From Hemiscyllium ocellatum (lineage: Eukaryota), in assembly GCF_020745735.1 (NCBI RefSeq), contig NC_083406.1, forward strand, positions 102,835,164 to 102,899,163: a DNA stretch of 64,000 nt, written 5' to 3'. The notes beneath the pieces were generated by a model. That model worked only from the letters and a program-made list of their open reading frames with translations. It was not told the origin of the DNA and searched no databases. Both the position numbers and the translations under genes were made by a program. This document shows, piece by piece, positions 23,131-35,599 of this stretch. Each line of letters opens with the position of its first letter. Position 1 is the first letter of the stretch.

Positions 23131-25132
23131 TGTGACAATGCTGGAACATAAATATATTTCCAAGTCAAGGTGGTGTGTCATTGGCGAGGGAACTCAAAGG
23201 TATTGATGTGTCCATGCACCATTTACCCTTTCTGTTCTAGGTGGTAAAGATCATGAGTTTGGAAGGTTTTGCCAAAGAAGCCTTGGTGAGTTGTTTTAGT
23301 GTATCTTGAAGATAGTACACACTGTTCGCACTGTGCACCGGTGATGGAGGTTGCTCAGGATAAGGTGATAGTTGGGGGTACCAATCACGGTTGCGGGGTG
23401 GGGCTGTGTTACTTGTAGCAGAATATGCAAGTTTTATTATGTTATGTGTTATCATTGTTGTTGTTGTGTTATGCATCTTTGAACCACATTTTTCTCCAAA
23501 CAATGATATTGACTCCCTTAGCCACACCAATATTCCTCATCAGCATCTTACTAGCACTCATTGTCTTTTCATCTACAAAATGTTTTCGTAGACAATGGAA
23601 ATGTAAGTCCAAGTAATAGTGCAGCTGGTTTCAGATCTAATTTGAAAGTACTTATTCACTACCAGGGCCCAAAATAATCCAAAGCTAATATTAAAAGTGT
23701 TATAGGTTTTATTAGAGAAACAAAATGACAGAAATAAGTAGTAATTGGATTAGCATAACTCCAATGCTTTCTAGTTAATTACTCTATTCAGGCACAATAC
23801 CCAGTTATTCCCCTACCATTGTAGCTTTTTTTAAAAATCTATTCATGGGAACTTGATGTCACTGGATAGACCAGCATTTATTGCCCATCCCTTATTGCCC
23901 TAGAACTCAATGGCATGCTAAGTCTTTTTAAAGCACAGTTAAACCACATTGCTCTGGGTCTGGAATCAGACGTGGGTCAGACTAGGCATGGATGGCAGAT
24001 TTCCTTCCCTAAAGCACGTTAGTGAATGAGATGAGTATCAGACTGAATCCTGTGATGCCAAGACTGACGTCTGAAGAGAGACTGGATCAATTAGAACTAC
24101 GTACATGGGATTTCAGAAAAATGAACGGGAATCTCATAGCAACCTATAAAATTCCAAAAGGTCTAGACATGGTAAACGCAGGAAGGGTGTTCCCAATAAC
24201 AGGAGTCCAGAGCCAGCAGTCACAGTCTGTGGATATGGGACAGGCCATTTCGGGCTGAAATGAGGAGAAATTTCTTCAGCCAGACAGCAGCAACCTGTTG
24301 AAGTCTCAGGCACAGCAAATTGTTGAGGCCAAAACAAAAAAAATTAAAAATTTGTGTGAAGAGATCAACAGGAATGGCCAGAAAGTAGGAACAAAGTACA
24401 GAATTAGATGATCAGCCCTGAAGGGCCAAATGGCCTACTTTTTTTTATTTACAAACAATTGACATATGCTTGTCATTAGTCTAGCTTTTAATTCCAGATT
24501 GTTATTGAACTCAAATTTCACCATCTGTCAAGGTAGGATTTGTAGTCATGTCTTCAGAACATTAGTCTGGGTCTCTGGATTAACAATCAAGTTACTCTAC
24601 TAGCACACTTCCTTATTAAATCTGTTCATGGTATATAGATGTCACTGGCATTTATTAGCCATCCGTAAGTGTTCTCTAGAAAGTGGCAGTGAGCTCCATT
24701 CTTGAACCACAACAATCTACCTTTCAACTATTAAGGATTTCAGCTCCAACAAAAATAAATTACATTTTGCAGACTGTATTGTTAGTATTTTATATAAAAA
24801 TGTGGAACTATAAATTGATGAATATCAATTTATATATCTATATATTTCAAACAATAGATATTTTTGACAAGTCCATCACCACAACCATTTTTATTTCAAT
24901 ATTTCCTAAATAAAATAATTTCATATTGCCTGAACCTTTTTTTATGCATTCTTTACTATCTTAGCACCATAGATTACAAGAAAAAATGTGTTTTTGTAAA
25001 TGTCACCTTTGATAAAAGTTGCATAAAACAAAAACAGATATTTTTGCTTGACAGCGTTACCACCTGGTAGGTTTAGAATGCTAAATTCAAGTTTGCATGT
25101 GGGAAGTTGATATTAAAAACAAAGAGCAAAAA

Positions 25133-26263
25133 TTACATAATTGCCATAACTTGTTCACATAGTGCATTCCATTTGGTACACAGCTCATTGTCTTGGGAAC
25201 AAACCCTTAAATATGCACTCCCCAAAATCAGTGTTTCAGTTGGGCAAAATTTGTTGCCAATGAGGTCTGAAGCTAATTGGTTACACATCATGGATGGTAG
25301 CCAATCTGAAAACAATTTAATATTGCAGCTTTCAATTCTGCCATGAGTAATGCTCATGTTCAGTTCAACTTCTGCCCCAGGTAAATTATGGTCCACAGAG
25401 AAATAGTGGCTGATGCTGAACTTTGGTGTTCTTCCATAGATCCAATCCCAGCTTTTAAGCTCCTGGGTAAATTTGGCAATCCCTGGTAGCAACAAATTGT
25501 CTTTAGGGTCCACAAGCACAATTTTGCTTTGACAGCTATGCCGCCTTGCGTACTCCATTGCAATGGCATCCATCAATAGATCACAAGTAAGAGTGGGATC
25601 CTCATCACACAGATTTTTCACAGTGGCAGGTATACTGGGGGTGGCGTTGGTTTTTAGACCTTGGTGTGGAGAATGGAGAACAGAGGATAAAAGATGCCTG
25701 TTAGAGTTGCACAGCAAAGTGCAATGGTGGTAAGCAGATGTCCTTCCAATCTTCGAGGCAGTGCCCGAGATTTTAAAGACTCCGTTGAGCAGCAGGTCGT
25801 ACCTGTCCGTGGCTAACACATTCAGCTGGGGTCGAATCCTCTTCAGAGCAGAGATAACCAACTCCAAGTTGCCGCGCCTATCGTACTTCTTCTTGGAGGT
25901 GAAGAAGGTCAGGTTGATGTTTCCCAGGTCGTGATAGACGGTTCCTCCCCCGCTCCTCCTCCGGCTCAGTTGGATGCCTTGGTCTCTCATGAGTTTGAGA
26001 TTACATTCCTGCCAGGGATTCTGGTGGCGACCGATGACCACTGTGGGGCAATTCCTCCAGAGCAGGAGCACATGCCGGTCCCGGGACTGCACGTACTCGT
26101 GTAACCAGTCCTCCAGCGCCAGGTTCTCGTAAATATCTGTGGACGTGGATTTCAGAAGCAGAGCGCTGTCGCCCCGGGACTCAGCCAAAGCGGCCAGGGT
26201 GGTGTAGCAAGCAGGAGAGAGAGTTCTCCATGCTGCCCGGAATCCAGCATTCAGCAAGGGCAT
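25133..26263 (-). CDS. LIPT1: Lipoyltransferase 1, mitochondrial (376 aa, single coding exon)
   Basis: NLALEDW, VVIGRHQNPWQECN, RRRSGGGTVYHDLGN, KISGTA, HHCTLL, WDWIYG.TPKF motifs; basic transit-peptide-like N-terminus; acceptor ttttgcag at 26271-26272; AATAAA on minus strand at 24890-24895. Confidence 0.97.
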   Translation of the reverse strand: MPLLNAGFRAAWRTLSPACYTTLAALAESRGDSALLLKSTSTDIYENLALEDWLHEYVQSRDRHVLLLWRNCPTVVIGRHQNPWQECNLKLMRDQGIQLSRRRSGGGTVYHDLGNINLTFFTSKKKYDRRGNLELVISALKRIRPQLNVLATDRYDLLLNGVFKISGTASKIGRTSAYHHCTLLCNSNRHLLSSVLHSPHQGLKTNATPSIPATVKNLCDEDPTLTCDLLMDAIAMEYARRHSCQSKIVLVDPKDNLLLPGIAKFTQELKSWDWIYGRTPKFSISHYFSVDHNLPGAEVELNMSITHGRIESCNIKLFSDWLPSMMCNQLASDLIGNKFCPTETLILGSAYLRVCSQDNELCTKWNALCEQVMAIM

Positions 26264-26362
26264 CCCACCGCTGCAAAATATAAACTAACAATAAAACTAA
26301 ATGCAACATGCAAATACAATGTATCGCTGCCCCGGGAAACCGAATGTCAAAAATTGACTCAC

Positions 26363-26510
26363 CCGATGCCCCCTTTTAAACTTAACTCTGTTGCTGACCT
26401 TAAAGCACCCTCCCTCGGCCCAAAATGCTCAGGCTGTGTCGGTCACTGCAGTGCGAGAGGAAATTGCTGATGCTCACTGCTCTTACTGTCACACATAGCG
26501 CCATCTACAA
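26363..26510 (-). promoter_or_regulatory. Putative non-coding first exon and promoter of LIPT1
   Basis: Donor GG|gtgagt at 26362 defines a 92-nt intron to the 26271 acceptor; CpG-enriched; TAGCGCCATCTAC (26496-26508) resembles a CTCF/YY1 core; TSS not determinable. Confidence 0.55.
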
Positions 26511-26959
26511 CACGGAGGTTTAACACAGGGCTCGCACACTCCCTCTGGATTCTGAGAAGGAAACTTTTAGCATGTTCCCTAACTCGAAAGGAATGGAAAG
26601 GCCGGCGGAAAAAAAGAGGATGAAGAGAAATTAACAGCGAGCACTGTTCCCTAAATGTTCCCCACAGTCACTTGCTATACTTGGCCCACCTCATTCCTAA
26701 GAAATTAATAAGATTTATCAGTGCTAATTTTTCCCTATGAGCCCCTTTGATTTGCTTTCCTTGTTTATTTTTACACATGCCTTCTTGGTTCACAACATTA
26801 TTTACTACCGTCATAAGCATACTTTTTTTCCTTTAACTTAATTTCTATTTTCTTTGTGATCAGAGAGCTCTGGATTGTTTATCCTATCTTTTCAGGGAAT
26901 ATACCTTAATTGTGCCTGATCCACCTCTTGCTTGAAGGTAGATGATTGATCAGCTCCTG

Positions 26960-27650
26960 TTTCTCTCAACAACTCTTACTGTTCCCCAACTCTTCTGCTC
27001 TTACATCATAACGGCATTGGTGCAACATCCTGCACCCAAGCTGAACTGGAGCAGTTAGCGACTTTGCCAACAATTTCCACCCCATCCTTAAATTCACCTG
27101 GTCTATCTTAGACACCTCCCTCCTCTTCCTTGACGTCGCTGCTTCCATCTCCAGCCACAGTTTATGGGCTGACGTTTACTACAAACCCATAGACTCCCAT
27201 AACTACCTGGACTACACCTTCTCCCACCCCATTCCTGCAAAAACTCCATCCTGGTTTACCCAATTCCTCCATCTCCACTGCATCTGCTCTGATGAGGAGA
27301 TGTTGCACTCCCAAGATTCCCAGACATCCACCTATTTTAAACAATGTGCTTTCCCCTCCCCCACCACCACCACTGTCATCCAGACAGCCCTCCATCACAC
27401 CTCCTCTCATTCCCTGCTCCACTGCTCTAAACTTCACCCTGACCAAACATAATAAAGACAGGGTCCTCCTTGTCCTCACTTTCCACTCCAAACGTCTGCA
27501 CATCCAACATATCATCCTCAAAGATTTTTGCCAACTTCAACTGGATCCCACCACCAAGAACATCTTCCCCTCCCTGCCTCTCTCTGCCTTCCACAACTAC
27601 CACTCCCTTCACTAAACCTTGGTTTGTGCCACCCTCCCCACCAACCCCTG
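26960..27650 (+). mobile_element. Penelope-like element RT C-terminal fragment
   Basis: Reads across frameshifts as NFHP.LKFTW.I...L.FLD...VYYKP.DSHNYLDYT.SHP..CK...QFL.L..ICSD; followed by a CR1 3' end to about 27990. Confidence 0.8.
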
Positions 27651-28989
27651 ATTAGGTGCATGGCAGGTGTCTTTTCCCGAGGGTGTGGGATTTCAGGACT
27701 AGGGAGCATATTTTTAAGGTGAGAGGAGAAAGATTTTAAAAAGATATGAGGGGCAATTCTTTTACACAGATAATGGTTGGTGTGTGGAACGAACTTTAGA
27801 GTTAGTGATGGATGAGAGTACCATGACAACGTTTAAATGACATTTAGATAAGTACATGAGTAAGAAATGTTTGGAGAGTTATGAGCCATGTGCAAGCAGG
27901 TGGAACTAGTTTAGTTTGGGATTATGGTTGACATGGACTGGTTGAACCACATGATGTTTCCATGCTGTATAACTCTATGACTCTATAACTACTTTTGTTT
28001 CTTGGAATTTCTTTGAAGATTTGTTCCTCTATATTTTCTCTCTAATGGGTGATCTATAGATTACACTGAGCAATGTAATTGCACTGCTTTTTAGCTATCA
28101 TTCCCCAGCTCTAGCCATATCTGAATGCTTAGCTTATACAGCATTTTGCCTTGCAATCTTATTTAGATTGGTCAGCAACTATTAAGCATTGAAGTTTTTA
28201 AGTGTGGTATCAGAAATTCTGCAACAGCATATTTCTATGCTAATAACAATGAGAATTAGCCTCAAGAAATGCTAATAAACTGAATTGAACAGTTTCCTTC
28301 AGAGAATAAAATAAGCATTTTATAATTTAATATAAAATTTGTAGGTTTTTTTAGATGCTTTTAAAAATTTTGTTATGTTCAACTGAATTTGTGTAACATG
28401 CACCAAAATCATGAGTCCAATGTTTTTACATTCAGACATTAGAACTATGCCAACTCTCTATTGCAGACTCTGTAGTCTGCTGCTTGTTCTGAGCAAGTAT
28501 TCAATACATCCAAGCATATTGATTTTTTTGCAAAAATATATTTTCATAAATTTTAGGAAGAAATATATAACAAATAGTGCAATTTTGACAACTTCAATAT
28601 GGTTCAGTTTATTTCTTTTCAGTTCATGAGTGCTTGCCATCACAGGTTACATTTTCGATGTATATTTCAGGTTAAATGTTCTTTGGTGGATGCAACCTAA
28701 GGGTTTTTACATGGGATTTTTCTAGCCCCTCAGTGTACTAGGTTGGGAGGACTTTAGACACTGGCCTTTCCTCATTGAACCAATGAAATCCCCCAAACTT
28801 TGATGCGTTCCTCAACACATAAACCCGTACCTTGAAATGTGCCAGTGCACAACACTCAGTCATTGAAAATCATTTGCACTCGAAGACCAGGGAGTTTCAG
28901 GTCATCCACAGAATGCCTTTCATTGAGACTCTCCAGTTAGTTGATGCTAGTTGCAGTGTGCATCATCTTATAGCATTGAGTCCCACAAT

Positions 28990-29500
28990 CATTAGCCAAT
29001 GAACCTAATTCGTCAATGGACTGGAAGGGCATGAGATTCATTGCACTTATCAACTAATGACCCAACAGGCCATCACTACATAGCCACTCTAGATTTTGAA
29101 AAGTAACACATCATCAGAATGACTAAAGGAGTTCCAGAAGAATGCCTCCGTTGCCATCAAAGGGAAGTGAAGGAAGGCTGGTAAACGTTGCCATGCTAGA
29201 AATACCTAGACTTTGAAAATCAAAAGAGATAAGTTAGTAAGTAATATACTGCTGAATCTATCAAGAAACTGATGTGAAAATACCTTTTAACTACTCCAAG
29301 AAGGAGCAGAAGCAAAATCAGAGAGTGCATAAGGTGGGAATCTTCCTCAGGACTTACCACTAATTGACATCACTCATCCTACCATTAATCCACAAGTATT
29401 CATAAACAGGAAAGAGTTCCACTCACTAAATGTCTAGCACTTGCAACCACGAATCACGACTGATGCCACAGATCCAGATATTGACCATTTAGATCCATCA
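28990..29500 (+). mobile_element. PIF/Harbinger transposase remnant (further degenerate pieces probably at about 32860-34900)
   Basis: GTATTCATAAACAGGAAAGAGTTCCACTCACTAAATGTCTAG = VFINRKEFHSLNV*, matching the Harbinger/HARBI1 NRKG.HS.NVQ motif. Confidence 0.6.
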
Positions 29501-29562
29501 CCATCTCCACCATATAGAAACAAAGAAAATAGGAGCAAGAGTAGGTGATTTGGCCCTTTGAG

Positions 29563-29724
29563 TCAAGATTGGAGTGGTGCTAGAAAAGCACATCAGGTCA
29601 GGCAGCATCTGAGAAGCAGGAAAATCGACATTTCGGGCAGAAGTCCTTCATCCTGCTGTGCTTTTCCTGCACCACTCTAATCTTGACACTAATCTCCAGC
29701 ATCTGCAGAACTCACTTTTGCCCG
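29563..29724. mobile_element. Penelope-derived hairpin mini-element
   Basis: Inverted arms TCAAGATT.GAGTGGTGC..GAAAAGCACA; perfect 14-bp TSD TTTGGCCCTTTGAG at 29549-29562 and 29725-29738. Confidence 0.8.
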
Positions 29725-30977
29725 TTTGGCCCTTTGAGCCTGTTCCACCCTTCAATATGATTGTGGACAATATAGGTTGCACCGTTTCAAAATATGAAAT
29801 TTGTTGAAGCGCTGATTGGTGGCAGACAGAGGGAACTCAAGGAAAGTAACTATGTATGAACTACAAATAAATTTGTTCAGAACTTGACATAAGCATTGGT
29901 TTGTACCCACTTTGCAGAGATTATTGCCCATTTTACTTAAGAGGTCTTTTTCACTTAAAACATCAAACTTTATGATACATTTTCACTATCCTTGAGTCAC
30001 CCTCTCTGCCCAGCAAGTACTACAATATAAAATCTAGTGCACTGTTAAGGAATGTTTGCAATCATTCCCACAGTATTGACTGTGTTGTCTTTTATGTGAA
30101 CCATAGGGAAGTGTGGAAAGAATCTATTCAGTCCATCACGTACATTGACCCTCTGAACAGCATCACACCCAGTCCCAGATACCCAGTCTATCCCTGTAAC
30201 CCTACATTTACCGTGGCTAATCAGATAGCCTACACATCCCTGGACACAACAGACAATTAAGCATGGCCAAACCACCCAAACTGCACATCTTTGGACTATG
30301 AGAGAAAGCTGGAGCACCTGGCGGGACACAGACACAGGGATAATTTGCAAACTTGATACAGATGGTCAGAGTCGAACCTGGATCCCTGGCACTATGAGGT
30401 GACATGTTAACCACTGAGCTATTGTGCCACCCCTGTGTGTTTTATTTTGCAGTGGGCTCTTTTTCTGGTATTATTGATCACATTTTATCTCAGTGGGTAT
30501 TTTGCTACCTAACTGTATTGATCCTTCAAGATGCTACCCTCTTGGGAAATGGCAATGATTGCATTATGTTGTTTAATGTCTCTTCGGGCTTTCCATGCTT
30601 GTAAACAGTTTTTAAGTTGCTGCTATGGTTGTTTCGGACTGTTTATTGTTCAGCAGAGAAAGAATTAGGTGGGTCAGCTGGATGATTCATTTTGATTGTC
30701 TTGTTCTCTGCACTTTGTGCCATGTCTCTGATTTGGAGTATAACCTCAGCATTGACTAAATGCTAAGAGAACAGACGGTTTGCCCTATTGAACCTGCCCT
30801 GCCATTCTTTCAGATTGTGGTTGATTTTCTGCCTCATCTCTATTTGCCAGGCCTTCTTCTATCCCTTGATTCCCTGAATGACAAAACCCTGCCTTTCTCA
30901 ATCTTGAATATATTCAGTGATGGAACTCCTACAACCTTCTGGGATAGAGAAATTCAAAAACTCACAATACTTTTTTT

Positions 30978-31307
30978 TAGATTAATTAGATTATATTACT
31001 TACAGTGTGGAAACAGGCCCTTTGGCCCAACAAGTCCATACCGACCTGCCACAGCACACCCACCCAGACCCATTCCCCTACATTTACCCCTGCACCTAAC
31101 ACTACAGACAATTTAGCATGGCCAATTCACCTAACCTGCACATTTTTGGACTGTGGGAGGAAACCGGAACACCCGGAGGAAACCCACACAGACATGGGAA
31201 GAATATGCAAACATTCCACACAGTCAGTCGCCTGAGGTGGGAATTGAACCCAGGTCACTGGCGCTGTGAGGCTGCAGTGCTAACCACTGCGCCACCGTGC
31301 CGCCCAC
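30978..31307 (-). mobile_element. HE1-type V-SINE (an older, diverged copy lies at about 30105-30432)
   Basis: Same head, V-domain and tail as the 17282 copy; inserted in a CR1 3' fragment. Confidence 0.88.
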
Positions 31308-34300
31308 TTCGAGTGAAAATGTTTTCCTCATCTCAGTCTTAAGTGATTGACTCCTTATGCTCCCATGACCTGTGAGAACCAAAGTATTTAGCATCAAGGT
31401 TCTTTCCAGAAAACATTCAAGCTTGGAGAATCTTACAAGAACTGACTTAACTGATTTTAAGTCCAGTGTTGATGTCTGCACTAAACACTTCCTTAAGTTT
31501 AATGTCACCAGTCTCTCGTGTAAGGGGATTATTTTTATGAACTCCAAGGGGGAACCATAAACCAAAATAACCAAATTTACAGAAGAACCCTCAAATGAGG
31601 AATTTGGCAACAATGTTTCACGTCCAGTAGTTTTAACTTGAGCACGAATCCGAAACAAAGCAACTTAACATTAATTTCCATGCAAATGATATTTTAAACA
31701 AAAAAGGGAATTTCACTTTAAATGGTTAAAACAACAAAAATATATCTTTCATGTCACAAACATCTGCAGTACTCCTTTCAGACACGTAACACTACATAGT
31801 TGCACAGTTTCAACAACTGTTCATTATACAAGTGGGTTGGGTTGGGAGTCCTACCAGCTTGCACCTCCTAGTTTCACAAGAATGATTGTCATCAACAAGG
31901 CGCTCTTCAAAAATCTGTCTCTTCCTTGGGTTACAACAATTTTGCTGGTGTAACTTCCCAGAGTTCCTTTTCAACTGACCAATCAATAATATTTGCTTCA
32001 TAGTCATAGAGTCATACAGTTATAGACTCACACAGCACAGAAATAGACCTTTGGTGAACATGTTTGCTGAACATAATCCCAAACTAAACTAGTCCCATCT
32101 ATCTTCTCCTGGCCCATATCCCTCCAAACCTTTCATAGTCATGTATCTATCTCAATTGTAAACCCAATTGTATCTATCCCAATTGTGCCCCATCCACCAC
32201 TTCCTCAGGACGTTCATTCCACATGCGAACCATCCTCTGTATAAAAAAATTGCCTCTTATGTATATTTTTAAACTCTCTCTCCTCTCACATAAAAGCTGT
32301 GCCCCCTTGTCTTGAAATCCCCCATCCAAGAGAAAATACAATGACCATTAACTCTAACTGTACCTCTAATTACTTTATAAACTTTTATCAGGTCGCCTCT
32401 CAACTTTGTATACCCCAGTGAAAAAAGTCCCAGCCTATCCAGCCTTTAGTGTTTCTGAACTATTCATACAACCTTCCAAGTTTTAGACTTTATTAGCTAG
32501 CTCACAGAAAGCTTCCAAGAGCTCCTGTCCCATTTCAGAAAAGCTGACTTTTTTTCTGAGAAAGATTTGCTTTAGTTCCTCACGAGAATTCAGTATTCCT
32601 GTTCCTGGGTGGAATATCGTGAATGCTTGGGAATAGGCAGGAAGCTGGATTATGGGGGAGTGCAATTGTATGGGATGTCAACAATCAGCTTCCCCAAAAC
32701 AGGACAAAGCTTAGGAATTAATTTTTCTGTATTTTATACATGAATTGAGTTTCCTGCGTTTTGGAGAGGCTTTTGCACACATTTTCACTTTGTCATACAT
32801 GCTAATTAAAAAAAGCCAACTGTTTGATGAGGGGTTTCCTTGCAGTGACGATGGTAGCAAGATGCTTCAAATGGTGGGGTTTGTGCTGTCTACTGTCAGG
32901 TATTGGGAGGTTAAACTGAAAGCTTTGGGTAGTAGATGGACAGCAACACTGAAAGGGGGAATGGGGTGGGGTAGGGTGGGTGTTCCAAGGTAATTGGTGA
33001 TTTTAAGGAAAGGAATGCCTATAGACAATTGTGGAATATTGATTTGGCCAACTGAGGGTTAGGGATTGGCATGAGAATAATCATTGTTGTGCAGGGAGTG
33101 CATGGTGATGTGGTATGAAGTCATAGTTCACAAAAGACAACAGGTATCTCCCACCATTAGAGAGAGACAATTGGATTTGTACAGCTTGAGGGTAACCTCT
33201 TCACAACCGTGGGGTAGGGTGAGGAGACAGTCAGCACAGGGACTGAATCTGCACTGTTGACTTTATTCTGCATCACCCTCCATTATCCTAGATGCTCTCT
33301 ATCAGCATTCACCCAATAAGTCACCTGGGATGGTTAGCTTAGTTGGCTAGAGGACTAGATGGTGATGCAGAATAAAGTCAACAATGCAGAGGAGTTTGGC
33401 ATGGTAACATTGGGTGGGTGAAGAGTACATGGGGTGAGATGGTGAGAAAATGGGTTGATAGTTGATGGTTGGTATCGTGCACTATTCTTTCAACCTACAA
33501 TAGTGAATGCAATCCTTCATTAATGGCAAACACACAAAGTGGAAGCAGGGGTGGGAAGAGTTACTGGTGTGTCCAATAGTTTATTAAAGAGACACCTAAC
33601 AATTATGAGTTAACTGAATGAGAATCATGCTCAGATGTGTTCTCCTCCCTATGGTCCTCCCCTGAAGACAGCAAACTCTTGGATCTCATTCTAGTAAAAT
33701 TCCTTGTAAGGTCAGGGGATGGGGTAAAGTGTGCATTAAAGTTTATCTTCTGTGAACTGAGGCAGGAAGAAATAGGAGAAAGGGATGAAGAGAGGGAGGT
33801 GATAACTGCATGAGCTCAGGTCTGGAAGGGGATTAGCAAGGTCTGAGGGAATATACTAGACTATGCAGGGAACATCCTTGTGTGAGAATATATGCTCAGA
33901 ATGTTTGTGGAGATCAAGAGTCATTTAAAAGACAGAAAGCATCTTACTGAGGTTCCAAAACTCAAGGATAACTGTTGCAACCTCAAAGATGACACAATTA
34001 GTGCAGAAGGTGATGGGTGGCCATGGGTGTCATATGTGGAGGGTGGGTGTGCGGGCATCATTGTGCTGAATTGAAGTTCTGAGGATCCTGTTCAGCTTGC
34101 CATGGTGGATAAGGAGGAAGGGTATCTTGATGGGAGAAATTCCAATAGTGAATGGAGGCAGTGTATATGGATATAGCTTCCATTTCCCAGTACTATGTTT
34201 AAGTCTCCTTGTACATGGCTGTATAATTTGGAGGAGAATTTGTCTGTGGTCCTCCATGATGGACTTCATTGTGACAGGGTGGGGAGAGGCCGGAGTTTGA

Positions 34301-35599
34301 TCAATGTTAAGTGCAGGCCTTCACTTTGGCAAAAGTCTTGTGGGTCAGATCAAGTACTTCAAAGAAATATGCTGTCCAGATCTGTTCCAGCAATTTGTTC
34401 ACAGGTTACTTCAGGGAGATGTGATGGTGAGTCAAATCAACTTCTCTACTGTGCAGCTGAGGAGGAACTTGCAGTGGGTGAGCAATGGTCAGGCACAGCA
34501 ATGGCCAGAATAGCAAGAGGCAGCAGCAACAGAAGGTCAAGTAGCAGGATGCTGCCAACCACGGGCAAATGTCTGAGAGGCAATGCTGGAGAAGGCTTCT
34601 ATCATAGGTTTCTGTCACCACATGTGACAGCTTGTTCACAAAGAAGGAACAAAATGCAAAGTGCTTGAATGCACATAACCATTGAAGCAATTAACAAAAT
34701 AAGTACAATACACATGCTTAAACTGGAATCAAAGATTTATTGAAATTGTGTTCTACTACACAATTATTAAACACATGATCTTGTCCCTTTAGAATTTATT
34801 AATCTTTATTTTCCTACTACTATGCCTACGTACAGGCCTGACTGCCACAGCTGATGTAGAGGCTGCTATAACATATTGTCTGAAATGACCTGGGAAATGT
34901 TAGTAGTTTAAAAAAGAACAGACTAAAGAAAAACAGACTGAGCATGGATTAACTATTTCTATAATTTGGCAAACAACACTTTTTGTTTTGAGCCCACTTG
35001 ACTACTTGATTGGAATTTGAAGACTATTCTTAGAAGAATTGAAGTTTCCCAAATACATGTAGTTCAGAGTTAGCAGGATAATGAGGAGAAAAAGAGAGGA
35101 ATTAAGGAATTTTATTGGGAGAAAACTCACTTGTGGAAAACTATGGTCAGTTGGATATTCTTGGTTAAGAATTACTTTCACCATCTTTATGTTTACATAA
35201 CTGATAACCACAGTTGTTGTTATTTTATCTTTTGTTATTCGAGGATCCTCATCAGAAGAATGCAGATTTGTACCGCTGATTTGAACGCTAGGTCAATTCT
35301 AATGCCCAGTAGAAACCAGTTAAATAAATTGAATACAGATGGATCAGTAAGCAGACAGCACACTAGGGAACTGCAGAGTAATTGAAATATAATCAAATAA
35401 ATTGCCCCCATAAATCATTTAAGATGCAGACATCCTCTGGTAGTCCAAGGCTTACAGCACACCAGCCTGCAGAAGGGCTCCTGAACAGGAACAGTGCATC
35501 CTCCTAGGCCTGGGGCTGATGGAGTTAATGGGTCACTGGCAGAGAGGAGATACAGCAAAGGGCAGCTAAGAAGCCATGATCCACTGTTGTAGATAGTCG

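Noticed and set aside
31371-32730. Second solo LTR starting TGTGAG
   Set aside because: LTR-like start, but I could not find a matching CA end with a TSD; left unclassified
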